Below, in pieces: positions 1 to 10,332 of a DNA stretch of 64,000 nucleotides. A program made the translations under genes and the position numbers. Origin of the DNA: Anaerolineales bacterium (lineage in GTDB: Bacteria; Chloroflexota; Anaerolineae; Anaerolineales; RBG-16-64-43); NCBI GenBank assembly GCA_049511715.1, contig JBEKXU010000003.1, forward strand, positions 36,408-100,407, read 5' to 3'. How positions within the stretch are numbered: the first letter of the stretch is position 1; each line of letters opens with the position of its first letter. The notes under the pieces were generated by a model. That model searched no databases, was not told the DNA's origin, and saw nothing but the letters and a program-made list of their open reading frames with translations.

Positions 1-211
1 CTCGGTCCGCCTATCCGCTCGGCGCATTCGCTAATTCCGATGCCTTGTGCGAGGAGGCTCGGGTGTGAGCCGTCCCACGAGAGTTCGGCCACGCTCTGTG
101 GGTGATGGCTGAGAATCAACTGGTCGGCCGGCTTCCGTTTGGATGGGTTCACGCCAGTCTCAGCTAGGTTCGCGGGGGTCTGGAGCCCGGTGTCTCCGTT
201 CCGAGCCGGCC

Positions 212-991
212 TTAGGACTCGGGCCTCCACCCAGTCAGAGGGAGGGTATGGCCACCGTCCACCAGGATTGTCTGTCCTCGGATCATCTCCGCCTCCGGCG
301 AACACAGGAAGGCCACGACCCCGGCGATGTCCTCGGCTGTAACCAGACGCCCGGCGGGGACTTGCTTCCGGGCTGCGCCCCGCCAATCTGCGCCCTGCAG
401 AATCTCGAAGTGACTCAGAGCTTCGGTGTCGACGATGCCCGGCGACACGGCATTGACAACGATGCCCAGCGGAGCGAGCTCCACGGCCAAGTAGCGGGTA
501 ATCGCCTCCAAGGCGGCCTTGGACGACCCGACCAGAACATAGTCGGGCATCACCCGCGTGGAGCCCGGGGAGGAAATGCTCACAATGCTTCCGCCTCCGC
601 GGGCTTTCATCAAGGGCGCAGCCCGCTGGGCACAGAACAGCACCGAACGGGCATTGATATTCATTGTCCAGTCCCAGCCCTTAAGCCGTTGTCTGAGCAC
701 AGGGCGGTTGTAGCCCGAGGCCGCATTGCAAATGAGAATGTCGAGCCCGCCAAACGTGTCGCCGATTCCCTGGAAGAGCCGGTCAATTCCCTCCGCCGTC
801 CCCACATCGGCTCGGATCACCTCCGCCCGGCGACCGATGGTCCGGATCTCTGCCGCGGTCTCCTCAGCAGGGGCTCGGTTCCGAAAGAAATTGATGGCGA
901 CGTCTGCTCCTTCTCTTGCCAAGCGAAGGGCGATGGCGCGCCCGATCCCGCGCCCGCCGCCTGTGACGACTGCCACCTTGCCTTCAATCAC
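212..991 (-). CDS. fabL: SDR-family enoyl-ACP reductase, FabL-like
   Basis: TGGGRGIG Rossmann motif, NAASG, Y-x5-SK (DYVLVGSSKAALE) and NAVSPG..DTEAL, typical of FabL-type SDRs. Start overlaps the upstream gene's stop. Confidence 0.75.
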   Translation of the reverse strand: MIEGKVAVVTGGGRGIGRAIALRLAREGADVAINFFRNRAPAEETAAEIRTIGRRAEVIRADVGTAEGIDRLFQGIGDTFGGLDILICNAASGYNRPVLRQRLKGWDWTMNINARSVLFCAQRAAPLMKARGGGSIVSISSPGSTRVMPDYVLVGSSKAALEAITRYLAVELAPLGIVVNAVSPGIVDTEALSHFEILQGADWRGAARKQVPAGRLVTAEDIAGVVAFLCSPEAEMIRGQTILVDGGHTLPLTGWRPES

Positions 992-2639
992 CTATTGCTC
1001 CTCCGCCCTTGGCGACGTTGCGGTTGCCTGGGCTGGCCCCCGTTGGCCCGATTCCTCCCCCGGGGGCAGCCTGGGGCGCAGGGACGATCGGCAAGAAGAG
1101 ATTCGGGTTCACGAGGCCGATGCGGGTCGGCCCCAGGGTTTCCACTTCGAATCGCAGCTGGCGTACGTGGCCGCGAATCTGCTCGACATCGATGCCTTGG
1201 CATGCCGAGGGCAGGGGGGCGAGCCAGAACTCCGCTCGGCCGAGCATGTTCATGGCCCCGCGGTAGTTCAGGCGTGATACCTGGTACCAGGCCAGCCCGA
1301 GCTGTAAGATGCCCTGATACAGATTCCTGGCTTGCCTCGGTTCCGCCCGCCAGGCAAGCTCAAGCTCCTCGTGAGCCTCAAGAAACTGCTTCTGGTTGAA
1401 GAGCTGCAACCCGGCCCGCGCGTGCTCGGAAAGAGTTCCTTCACAGCCTCTCTCGGCAGAGTAGCTCCTGGCCTTTTCCATTCGAGCGGCCAAGGGCGGA
1501 TGGCTGTAAAAGAGCGCGACTACCCAGGCGGGTGGGTCCACCTCCGCCAGGTTCTGATTCGCCAGTCGGTTCATCGCGCTTCCGAAGGCGTCCGGCTTGC
1601 CTGTCGCCTCCAGGGCATAACTGTCCGCCAGGCTTTCACGCCATCGAGAGAGGCCGTTGAGTGCGGGCAGCAGCAGCAGGCTGATCAGCGCAAGACTCAG
1701 CGCCAACACGGGCAGCGCCGCGGGATCCCAGACGGCCTGGTAGCCGAACGCCCGAGTGCCCCATTGCAGGGCCAGGCTCCCGGCAAACAGGGATCCCAGG
1801 ATGAGCACGCTCTGGCTCAGGATCTGGAAGGGGATGTCTCGATGAACCTGATGACCCAGCTCGTGGGCCAGGACTGTTTCGATCTCATCCGGGGTGAAGT
1901 TGGCGAGAAGGGTGTCACTGAGCAGGATCCGCCGCGTTCGGGCCAGTCCCGTGAGGGCGGCATTGGCGGCCTTGGTGCGGCGACTCATGTCGAAGACGTA
2001 GACTCCGCGGACCCGCGTCCCGGCCGCATTGGCCAGCTGCACGAGCCGGTCGCGCAGCTCCTTCCACTCCTCCCCCAACGGCTGAACGCGGTAGAAGACC
2101 GGCAAGAGCAGGATGGGGGCGAGAAGGGTCAGCACCAGGGTGAGCAGGATGTAGCCAAGCCCCGCCCACAGCCACCACCAGACCGGAAAGACGCGCAGGA
2201 AGAGATTCAAGGCCAGGAGCAGCGGAACCCCGAACAGGAGCGAAAGGCCGAGTTCCTTGAGTTGGTCGCTGACCCAGCCTGGCAGGGTCTGGGTGGAAAT
2301 CTGGAAACGGTGGGGAAGATGGAAGCTGCTATAGAAATCCACGGGCAGGGTGGCGATCCACCAGGGAGCAGCGATCAGCGCTGCCTCCAGCAGGATCAGC
2401 AAGGCTATTGCCGCCCATTCGGAAAAGGTCCGGCCGGGGAAGGAGCCGGAGCCGGGCAGGAGGGCGGAAAGCCGCTCGCGAAGCCGCAGGCTGAGCCCGC
2501 TCACAACCCAGAGAGCCAGGTAGAGGAAGCCCAGACACGTTTCGAGGATGGCCAGACGCCTCTGCAGGCGGGCATACTCGCGAGCCGAACCTTGCCGCTC
2601 CGGGTCCACGCTCCCGGCTTCGTTCTCCATGCTCGCCAT
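984..2639 (-). CDS. M48 (Ste24/HtpX-like) membrane zinc metalloprotease with C-terminal DUF309-like domain
   Basis: Multiple TM helices, ANAALTG, HELGH zinc motif, downstream E..AD and SHPP. C-terminus has FNQKQFLEAHEELELAW..YQGILQ (DUF309-like). Start trimmed to ATG 2639 (alternative 2630). Confidence 0.8.
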   Translation of the reverse strand: MASMENEAGSVDPERQGSAREYARLQRRLAILETCLGFLYLALWVVSGLSLRLRERLSALLPGSGSFPGRTFSEWAAIALLILLEAALIAAPWWIATLPVDFYSSFHLPHRFQISTQTLPGWVSDQLKELGLSLLFGVPLLLALNLFLRVFPVWWWLWAGLGYILLTLVLTLLAPILLLPVFYRVQPLGEEWKELRDRLVQLANAAGTRVRGVYVFDMSRRTKAANAALTGLARTRRILLSDTLLANFTPDEIETVLAHELGHQVHRDIPFQILSQSVLILGSLFAGSLALQWGTRAFGYQAVWDPAALPVLALSLALISLLLLPALNGLSRWRESLADSYALEATGKPDAFGSAMNRLANQNLAEVDPPAWVVALFYSHPPLAARMEKARSYSAERGCEGTLSEHARAGLQLFNQKQFLEAHEELELAWRAEPRQARNLYQGILQLGLAWYQVSRLNYRGAMNMLGRAEFWLAPLPSACQGIDVEQIRGHVRQLRFEVETLGPTRIGLVNPNLFLPIVPAPQAAPGGGIGPTGASPGNRNVAKGGGAIGD

Positions 2640-2668
2640 TCTAACCCGATCACCGCTTCGGCGGCCCT

Positions 2669-3343
2669 TCAGAGCGGTGTGCCCAGGAAATGCCAACAGG
2701 CGGCGAACAAGATCGCGAACTGGGCCAGGTGGTAGGTGACCATCACTCGCAGGTCGGCTTGGCGCAGCGGCCCAACAAATCGGTTCCAGGCCAGCTGTCC
2801 GTCCGAGGCGAAGAACAAGGCCGCTCCGACGCTGGCAAGCAAAGCGGGCTGGATCTGCCACTCGGGCCGGGTGAGTGTGGCCAGGGCCGAAAGGACCATG
2901 ACGGAAATGACCAAGGTATAGGCGAACACCGGCATCACCAGGCTCCGATTGCCCGATCGAAGGAGACCCGCCCGAACCCTGACGAATAGCCAGGCGGCGG
3001 CGAGGAACACCAGGATGACCAGGGGAAGGCTGACCAGCTTAATGGGAAGGGGTTCCTGGTTGAAGCCCACGATGAAGAAGAGATGAGCGACCAGAAAGGC
3101 GACGAGCCCGCCCAGGAAACTCTCGCGGGGCAACATAAGCAGGACGTCCCCCGCCAGGGAAAATACCAGGGCCAACTCGAACCAGACCAGGGTCGGCATC
3201 AGCCCGGCGCGGGCTAGAAGCCAGGCGAGCAGAAAGACCATGGTGCCCGGCTTGGCCACGTATTCAAGACCTTTCACGCCCCGGGCGACAGCCACCCAAT
3301 CGAGAACCGCGAGGCCGGCTGAAATAATGAGCAGAATGGCCAT
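2669..3343 (-). CDS. Lysoplasmalogenase (YhhN/TMEM86 family) membrane protein
   Basis: AKPGTM, FSLAGDVLL, GLVAFLVAH, FFASD and TYHLAQ motifs. GGAGG RBS precedes ATG 3343. Confidence 0.85.
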   Translation of the reverse strand: MAILLIISAGLAVLDWVAVARGVKGLEYVAKPGTMVFLLAWLLARAGLMPTLVWFELALVFSLAGDVLLMLPRESFLGGLVAFLVAHLFFIVGFNQEPLPIKLVSLPLVILVFLAAAWLFVRVRAGLLRSGNRSLVMPVFAYTLVISVMVLSALATLTRPEWQIQPALLASVGAALFFASDGQLAWNRFVGPLRQADLRVMVTYHLAQFAILFAACWHFLGTPL

Positions 3344-3679
3344 GTGGTTTTCCTCCACTGCAGATTCGAGCGTATAGTCACCCTGTTTGTGGACACGCTT
3401 ACGATTGTATAGGAAGCTCGGGAACTGCGCGTGGAGGTGGGATGCCAAGAGAGGGCGCGACGACCGTCCGGAACGGACCCCTCGCGCCCTCCCCCAAAGC
3501 CGATCTTCGGAGTCAGCGAGGCAGGATCTTGAGGATCCGCGATTGGGAGAGGAACTTCGCACCTTTCTGAGCGGCCTTGGCCTCTTAGGCGATGAGGACG
3601 GGGGGGACGACAGGCATTCCTGCATGAAATCCGAGCAGGGCCAGGGTGTTCACCCAGGAGGGCAGGGGGAGGGGCAGGT

Positions 3680-4243
3680 TCAGGCGATGCCGGCCAGCCC
3701 CAGGTCGGAGGCAATGCTCCGCATGGCCTCAATCACGTTGCCCACGTGCTCCCACAAGTCAAGTCCAAGTTCTTGAGCGCCTTTCTCGATATCGCTGCGA
3801 TTGACTCCAGCGGCGAAGGCATGGTCCTTCCACTTCTTTCTCACGGAAGATACAGTCAAGTCCGAAAGGGACCGCGAGGGCCGCACGAGGGCTACCGCGG
3901 TGATCAGCCCGGTCACCTCGTCGCACGCGAACAAGGCATGCTCCATCCGTGTCGCGCGGGGCACCCCCGTATGATCGGCATGGCTCTGGATCGACTGAAT
4001 GACGGGCTCGGGGACCCCGTGTTCGCGCAGGATGGGGACCCCGTCCTGGGGGTGTTGTTCAAGACTGGGGTGGATTTCCCAGTCGAAGTCATGAAGCAGT
4101 CCCACGATTCCCCACCGTTCCTCATCTTCCCCCCATTGGCGGGCGTAGAAGCGCATTGCCGCCTCCACGGCCAGCATGTGCCGGACCAGGTTCTCGTTCT
4201 TGACGAACTCGTGGACCAGGGTTAGGGCTTCCTCTCGTGTCAC
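3680..4243 (-). CDS. HD-domain (HDIG-type) metal-dependent phosphohydrolase
   Basis: H..AVE, LLHDFD, I.SH and ACDEVTG motifs. Confidence 0.85.
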   Translation of the reverse strand: MTREEALTLVHEFVKNENLVRHMLAVEAAMRFYARQWGEDEERWGIVGLLHDFDWEIHPSLEQHPQDGVPILREHGVPEPVIQSIQSHADHTGVPRATRMEHALFACDEVTGLITAVALVRPSRSLSDLTVSSVRKKWKDHAFAAGVNRSDIEKGAQELGLDLWEHVGNVIEAMRSIASDLGLAGIA

Positions 4244-4926
4244 GGTTTTCCTCTTGAGCCAGCTTGAGTGGGGCTTGGGAAAATGGGTTGGAAGGGGCCG
4301 AGCACCGGTTGCGGCCGAAACACATTGATATCCAGAACGGCCAAGCCCGAGGCGGGGACTTCTCGCGCGGACCAGAATAGCTGGGAGAGAAGCCGGTACG
4401 GGTGTCGATCGGCCGAAACTCCCACGACGCGAATCCCGATCCCCTCGCAGGTGTAAATCACACGGGGCAAATGAAAGTCCTGCGTAACCAGGATGGCCTC
4501 TTGGACTCCAAAGGCAAAGCGGGCCCGGTAGCAGGTGTCGTAAGAGCGGGTACCCGCAGGGTCAAGGACAAGATCTTCGTTGGGGACACCCAGCTGCAGC
4601 GCGTACAGGCGCATGGACTCGGGTTCGTTGTGGCTCGGGGTGCGGTTATCTCCGCTGAGAAGGAGTTTCCTGACCAACCCGGCGCGGTACAGATCTGCGG
4701 CCGTGGAAACTCGGTCAGCAAGGAGCTGGGTGGGAGTCCCGTCTCGTCGCAAGCCTGCCCCAAATACGATCGCGACGGGCGCGGGGGGCACTGTTTCGCC
4801 AAGCCCGTAGATTCGCGGTTGGGTCTTGACCCGCAGGTAGATCCAGGGGGCAAGCAGCACCACGACCGCCGCGCCGAGGACCGCCGAGAACACTCCAAGG
4901 GTGGAACCCAGATGCCTTTTTTTCAT
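4240..4926 (-). CDS. SanA/YdcF (DUF218) family membrane-anchored protein
   Basis: N-terminal TM helix, AIVFGAG, LLSGDN, GTRSYDTC and VTQDFHLPR. Confidence 0.85.
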   Translation of the reverse strand: MKKRHLGSTLGVFSAVLGAAVVVLLAPWIYLRVKTQPRIYGLGETVPPAPVAIVFGAGLRRDGTPTQLLADRVSTAADLYRAGLVRKLLLSGDNRTPSHNEPESMRLYALQLGVPNEDLVLDPAGTRSYDTCYRARFAFGVQEAILVTQDFHLPRVIYTCEGIGIRVVGVSADRHPYRLLSQLFWSAREVPASGLAVLDINVFRPQPVLGPFQPIFPSPTQAGSRGKP

Positions 4927-5381
4927 TGGCTGGGGCTTGCCGCTCCTCTGGGACTCGGGGGAGGACCGATTTCCCTTGAGGGCCCCTCTCTGTTTGCATC
5001 GTCCTGAGCCCCACGTGCCGGACAGCCTGCGCATTCTATCATCCCCAGGGAACCGGCGAGGGCCCCCCGTGCGAGGGGTTCGGTGAGAGGAGGAGGTCGG
5101 AGGGATTCCGTGCAGGAAGCTGCAGGGCTCCCTCCTGCTGAGGGAGGCGCCGCGCCAGGCAGGTCCTCATGACTCTTGGGCCACTGGGGGCCCGCAAAGG
5201 GAAGGGCTGTAGCCGAATTCGGCGTGGGTCCTGGCGGGCTTGGGAGCAAGGCCTCCCGTGGGCTGAAGGGACGATCCTCCCTGAAACGCGTCCGCCTTAA
5301 TGACGCGGGCCAGCCCCATGCGGCTGGCCGCTGATTCCAAGGACTTCCTGTGAACCCGCGCGAGAACTTCGCCTCCGGGAG

Positions 5382-5465
5382 TGCCGAAGCGGGGAGTTGA
5401 ACCCCGACGGCCTTGCGGCCACTGCGCCCTGAACGCAGCGCGTCTGCCATTTCCGCCACTTCGGC
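5382..5465 (-). tRNA. tRNA-Leu (anticodon CAG)
   Basis: Minus strand GCCGAAGTGGCGGAAATGGCAGACGCGCTGCGTTCAGGGCGCAGTGGCCGCAAGGCCGTCGGGGTTCAACTCCCCGCTTCGGCA. Acceptor stem GCCGAAG/CTTCGGC, anticodon arm CTGCG-TTCAGGG-CGCAG, long variable arm, GTTCAA T-loop. CCA not encoded. Confidence 0.95.
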
Positions 5466-5476
5466 GAGCAGACCAC

Positions 5477-5504
5477 ATTCTACCTTCTTTCCCTGTCGTG
5501 TCAA
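5477..5504 (-). promoter_or_regulatory. Sigma70-type promoter for tRNA-Leu
   Basis: Minus strand TTGACA-16 nt-TAGAAT, ending 12 nt upstream of the tRNA 5' end. Confidence 0.7.
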
Positions 5505-5655
5505 AATTTGCAGGGGCGTGCAGCAAGATCCCGGCCGGGATCCCGCCTTGGCGAGATCTGGCTGGTTGCGTCCCGCAACAGGATTTAATACCGGCCGGCG
5601 CCCTGTCCTCACGAGGAAGGGCCATGTATAATCCGGCCTTGCCCACAGGACCGCC

Positions 5656-7410
5656 ATGGAAAAGTCCGAATTTTCCCTGGAAGGGGAATACCGCTACGAC
5701 CGCTCGGGGCCGGTGCGCTGGATCGCTTCGCACACGTGGCGCTATCCGCTTTTTCCCATCTTGATGATCCTGGCGGCCATCGGAAATAACACCGCCTTCA
5801 GCTATGTTCAAATCTTCATCGGCCAGGCCTTCGATCTGATCACCCGAACAAGCTGGAGCCGCCTGGGGTTGATTCTGGCGGCCCTGGCCGTGCTCGGCGC
5901 TGCGACCTCCCAGGGCCTGACTGGCCTCCTGCGCAACTATGCCGGGGAATTCCTCGCACAGCGCATTGAGCGCGATGCGCGTCACGAATTGTATGTGAGC
6001 CTGCTGGGGAAGAGCCAAACGTTCCACGGCCGCCAGCGCATTGGCGACATCATGGCCCGTGCCACGAACGATGTTCACACCCTGAATCTGATGTTCAGCC
6101 CGGGGATGATGCTGATCACGGACATGGTGATGAATGTGATCATCCCCGTCGTGCTGATCGGTACGATCAACTCGCGGCTGTTGCTCATGCCTTTGATCTT
6201 CGTCGCCCTGCTGGTGCTGACCCTGGTGGACTACAACCGGCGCCTGAGCCCCATTACCGTGGCCATGCGCGATCAGTTCGGGGTGATGAATGCCGGGCTG
6301 ACCGAGGCGATTGCGGGCGTGGAGGTTGTCAAAGCCAACGTGCGGGAGCACTTCGAGTGGGACAAGTTCATTCAAAACGCGCGGGTGTTTCGCAATTACT
6401 ACGTCAAGCAGGGAGAAGTCGAGGCCACCTACTTTCCCATGCTGGCCTTCAGCGTCTGCTGGGCAGCCGGAATCTTCCATGCGCTGTTGGTCTGGCGGGC
6501 CGGCCTGATCACCTTGGGAGATGTGGTTTCCTTCGTGCTGTTGATGGGCGGATTGCGCTTCCCGACTTCCAGTTCGCTGTTCTCCTTCGATCTGGTGCAG
6601 CTGGGAATCGCCAGTGGCCGGCGGATCCTTGAGATGATCAATGCCAAGTCGGACCTGGATCGGAACGAGCAGGGACGCTCAGCCCCGATGCGCGGGGAAG
6701 TGGAGTTCCGCCAGGTGTCCTTCCGCTACAACGGCCAGCCTGTGCTGCGAGGGGTGAGCTTCGCAGCACACGCCGGAGAAACCATGGCCATTGTCGGCCA
6801 GACTGGATCCGGCAAGACCACGCTCACGCGGCTCATCAATCGGATCTTTGACGCCAGCGAGGGCAGCGTGCTGGTCGACGGCTTGGACGTGCGGGAGTGG
6901 AACCTTGAGTCGCTGCGCTCGCAGATCTCCACGATCGAGCAGGACATCTTTCTTTTCTCCCGGACGATCGCCGAGAACATCGCCTTTGGCAAGAGGGAAG
7001 CGACCCGGGAGGAAATTGAACGGGCCGCGCGGGAAGCTCAGGCGCACGACTTTATTATGGATTTCGCAGAGGGGTACGAGACGGTGATCGGCGAACGCGG
7101 CGTGACCCTCTCGGGAGGGCAGCGCCAGCGTTTGGCCATCGCCCGGGCTTTTCTCACGGATCCTCGCATCCTGATTCTCGACGACAGCACCAGCGCCATC
7201 GACAGCGCCACGGAGGACCTAATCCAGCGGGCCATGCGCCGGATCAGCGAGCAGCGCACGACCTTTCTGATCACGCACCGGCTCAGTCAGATCCGCTGGG
7301 CGGACCGCATTCTGGTGATGCGCCGGGGCCAGCTGGCCGATTTGGGAACCCATGAGGAACTCATGGCTCGGAGCGCCGATTATCGCAAGATCTTCTCCCG
7401 GTATGAATAG
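5656..7410 (+). CDS. ABC exporter half-transporter (TMD+NBD), degenerate-site subunit
   Basis: TM domain, Walker A GQTGSGKT, LSGGQ signature, non-canonical Walker B ILDDSTS. Confidence 0.92.
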   Translation: MEKSEFSLEGEYRYDRSGPVRWIASHTWRYPLFPILMILAAIGNNTAFSYVQIFIGQAFDLITRTSWSRLGLILAALAVLGAATSQGLTGLLRNYAGEFLAQRIERDARHELYVSLLGKSQTFHGRQRIGDIMARATNDVHTLNLMFSPGMMLITDMVMNVIIPVVLIGTINSRLLLMPLIFVALLVLTLVDYNRRLSPITVAMRDQFGVMNAGLTEAIAGVEVVKANVREHFEWDKFIQNARVFRNYYVKQGEVEATYFPMLAFSVCWAAGIFHALLVWRAGLITLGDVVSFVLLMGGLRFPTSSSLFSFDLVQLGIASGRRILEMINAKSDLDRNEQGRSAPMRGEVEFRQVSFRYNGQPVLRGVSFAAHAGETMAIVGQTGSGKTTLTRLINRIFDASEGSVLVDGLDVREWNLESLRSQISTIEQDIFLFSRTIAENIAFGKREATREEIERAAREAQAHDFIMDFAEGYETVIGERGVTLSGGQRQRLAIARAFLTDPRILILDDSTSAIDSATEDLIQRAMRRISEQRTTFLITHRLSQIRWADRILVMRRGQLADLGTHEELMARSADYRKIFSRYE

Positions 7411-7442
7411 CTCGGTTCCGGCCGACAGAGGGAATCGGGAAC

Positions 7443-9263
7443 ATGGGTTTTATCCTGGACGGACTGGAATCTGAGCCGTACGACCGCAACTACCGCGATC
7501 GGGATCTCCTGGCGCGCATCATCGCCTATTTCCGGCCGTTTGGCACCCAAGTCGCCCTGATTGCCGTCGTGATCGCGCTCAACTCCATCGCCGGGACCGG
7601 CGGCCCGATTGTCATTTCCCAGACTCTTGATGTGGTGGTGCGGAATCCCAGTACGGTGGAAATGCTGCTGCTCACCGGGGCGGTCCTGGGCCTGGGCCTC
7701 CTGGGATGGGTCACCAATTTCATCCAGCAGTGGGTCTCGGCGCGAGTCATCGGGGACGTTGTCCTCAAGCTGCGGGAGGATGTCTTCGACGCCACAATTC
7801 GCCATGACCTCTCTTTCTTCGAGGAACATGCCTCCGGCAAGATCGTCAGCCGCGTAACCTCCGACACTCAGGACTTCTCGGATGTGGTCTCGCTCGTGGT
7901 GAGTCTCGTCAGCCAGGTGCTTCTGGTCGCCCTACTGACGGTTTGGCTCTTGCACGTGAACTGGGAACTCACCCTCCTTTTGATTGCGATGGCGCCTGTG
8001 GCAGCGGGGATCGCCTTGGCCTTCCGGCGCGTCGCACGGCGGGTCACCCAACAGGCGCGGCGGGTGACAGCCAAGATCAATGCTCAGATTCAAGAGTCGG
8101 TCGGTGGGATTGTGGTGGCGAAGGCCTATCGCCAGGAACGCGCCATCTATGACACCTTCGAAGCCAACAACCGCCAGGCGTACCGGGTGGGCCTGCGCAG
8201 GGGCCTCACCCTGGACACGATCTTCCCGATCATGGGGTTGACCTCCGGGCTTGGGATCGCCTTGCTGGTCTATATGGGCGGCCTCTCGGTGCGGAGCGGT
8301 GCGGTCACCCCGGGGGATTGGTACCTCTTCATGCAGGCAGTCGGCTTCTATCTCTTCCCGATGATGAACATTGCATCCTTCTGGAGCCAGTTCCAGGATG
8401 GGCTCTCTGCCTCGGAACGCGTCTTCGCCCTCATCGACCGGGAACCCAAGGTCACGCAAATCGCCTCGGAACCTGTGGACCACGTGGAGGGAAAGATCGA
8501 GTTCCGCCATCTGGGCTTCACCTATACGGGAAAGGAGATCGTTCTGCCGGACTTTTCGCTCGAGATTCGACCGCAGGAAAACCTGGCCCTTGTCGGGCAT
8601 ACAGGGGCCGGAAAAAGTAGCGTGGCCAATCTGATCTTGCGCTTCTATGAATTCCAATCCGGACAGCTGCTGATTGACGGCCGGGATATCCGCCGCCTGG
8701 ATCTGAGCCAATACCGCCGATATGTTGGGCTGGTGCCCCAGGAACCGTTCCTCTTCTCGGGGAGCGTAGAGGAAAACATCCGCTATGGAACGCCTCAAGC
8801 CTCCCGGCGCGAGGTCGTTGGTGCGGCCATGCACGTCAGTAATGGCGATTGGATCGAAGACCTGCCGCAGGGGCTTGACACCGACGTCGGCGAACGGGGC
8901 TCCAACCTGTCCATGGGCCAAAGGCAACTAGTCGCGCTGGCCCGGGTTCTCCTCAAAGACCCCGCCATTCTGATCCTCGACGAGGCGACGGCGAGTATCG
9001 ATCCCTTCACCGAGTCACAGATCCAGGAGGGGCTGAGAACGGTCATGCGCTTCCGGACCTCGATCGTGATCGCCCATCGGCTCTCGACGGTTCGACACGC
9101 CGACCGCATCGTGGTCATGGATCATGGTCAAATCGTTGCCATGGGCAGCCACGAAGGGCTCATGGCCCAGGGTGGGCTGTATGCGGAACTATACAACACC
9201 TATTTCCGCCACCAGTCCTTGGAATCGATCAACCTTCCCTCCTGGCTTGCAAAGGAACCCTAG
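7443..9263 (+). CDS. ABC exporter half-transporter (TMD+NBD), consensus-site subunit
   Basis: Walker A GHTGAGKS, signature LSMGQ, Walker B ILDEATA, AHRL. Tandem with the previous gene. Confidence 0.92.
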   Translation: MGFILDGLESEPYDRNYRDRDLLARIIAYFRPFGTQVALIAVVIALNSIAGTGGPIVISQTLDVVVRNPSTVEMLLLTGAVLGLGLLGWVTNFIQQWVSARVIGDVVLKLREDVFDATIRHDLSFFEEHASGKIVSRVTSDTQDFSDVVSLVVSLVSQVLLVALLTVWLLHVNWELTLLLIAMAPVAAGIALAFRRVARRVTQQARRVTAKINAQIQESVGGIVVAKAYRQERAIYDTFEANNRQAYRVGLRRGLTLDTIFPIMGLTSGLGIALLVYMGGLSVRSGAVTPGDWYLFMQAVGFYLFPMMNIASFWSQFQDGLSASERVFALIDREPKVTQIASEPVDHVEGKIEFRHLGFTYTGKEIVLPDFSLEIRPQENLALVGHTGAGKSSVANLILRFYEFQSGQLLIDGRDIRRLDLSQYRRYVGLVPQEPFLFSGSVEENIRYGTPQASRREVVGAAMHVSNGDWIEDLPQGLDTDVGERGSNLSMGQRQLVALARVLLKDPAILILDEATASIDPFTESQIQEGLRTVMRFRTSIVIAHRLSTVRHADRIVVMDHGQIVAMGSHEGLMAQGGLYAELYNTYFRHQSLESINLPSWLAKEP

Positions 9264-9474
9264 ATCGGCGGTTCGGAGAGCGGCTTGCCTCCTCCTTCTC
9301 GGCGGGGGCAACCATTGCTCTGCCCTACAGTCGGCGCCTGGAGCTGTGGCGACCGTCTGGCCAAGAGGGGAGCCATATACCGTGCCCCTGCGAGAGATCT
9401 GAGCGCCCCTCCGTCCGAATCCCACCCCGCCCTTGCGGGGAAAAGGCGACTCCGGGCTCAGTCGCCAGGCCACA

Positions 9475-9501
9475 AAACGCCCCCTCATTGAGGGGGCGTT
9501 T
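9475..9501. terminator. Inverted repeat, probable bidirectional terminator
   Basis: AAACGCCCCCTCA-T-TGAGGGGGCGTTT between the convergent ABC exporter and AIM24 genes. Confidence 0.7.
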
Positions 9502-9588
9502 CAAGGACCGGGCCTTGGAGCCGTCCCGCCTTCCGTCTCCGCATGCCGAACGGTCGGCTCAGCCGGCGGGTCGGCACGGCCAGAGACG

Positions 9589-10332
9589 TCATCGACTCGA
9601 CCGCGCGGGCATATATTCCGCCAGGCGGTGGGCGACCTTGGTGACCGTCATCGAGTGAAGCCAGATGCGCCCGGGTCCCTTGAGCGTGGCCAGGAACATC
9701 CCCTCCCCGCCAAGCAGGATATTGGTCATTCCCTGAATCATCTCGATGTCAAAGGCCACCGTCGCTTCAAACAGGGCCACATGACCCGGCTCCACCCTCA
9801 TCACCTCGTCCGGTTTCAGGTGGTACTCCACGGCGTCTCCGTCCAGTTCGGCAAATGCGACCCCGGGGCCGGTGAGCTTCTGAAGGATGAAACCCTCTCC
9901 CCCGAAGAAGCCTGCCCCGAGTTTCCGGGTGAAGAATACGTCCAACGACACGCTTTTCTCCGCGCACAGGAAGGCGTGCTTGTGCATGACCAGGGCTTGG
10001 CCCGCATCCAGTTCAATGGGCAGGATCTTCCCTGGGAAGTCGGTGCTGTAGGAAACTTGACCCGGCTCCCCCGAGGCGGTGAAACCAATGATAAAGGCCG
10101 TCGCCCCCGAGGCGGCCCGCTTCAGCATCCCTCCCAGCCCGCCGCCTGAACTGGTGTTCATGCTGACCGAGCGAGTCATCCAGGACAAGGCCCCCGCGTC
10201 CGTGTAGACCTCTTGGCCGGGCTGCAAGTCCACGGCCAGGGTCTGCTGAACCGTTCCCAGGATGCGATAGCTGATCCCGCTCCTCGATGTTCCACTCGTC
10301 TCCGTCGGGTTGGGAAGATCTGGAATGGTCAT
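9589..10332 (-). CDS. AIM24 (TIGR00266) family protein
   Basis: PGKILPIEL, AFLCAE, GFFGGEGFILQKL.GPG and GGEGMFLATL.GPGRIWL repeats. GGAG RBS. Confidence 0.88.
   Translation of the reverse strand: MTIPDLPNPTETSGTSRSGISYRILGTVQQTLAVDLQPGQEVYTDAGALSWMTRSVSMNTSSGGGLGGMLKRAASGATAFIIGFTASGEPGQVSYSTDFPGKILPIELDAGQALVMHKHAFLCAEKSVSLDVFFTRKLGAGFFGGEGFILQKLTGPGVAFAELDGDAVEYHLKPDEVMRVEPGHVALFEATVAFDIEMIQGMTNILLGGEGMFLATLKGPGRIWLHSMTVTKVAHRLAEYMPARSSR

Noticed and set aside
5382..5465. tRNA-Leu as an island integration site
   Set aside because: No integrase, no duplicated tRNA 3' end seen, and the flanking genes look chromosomal.
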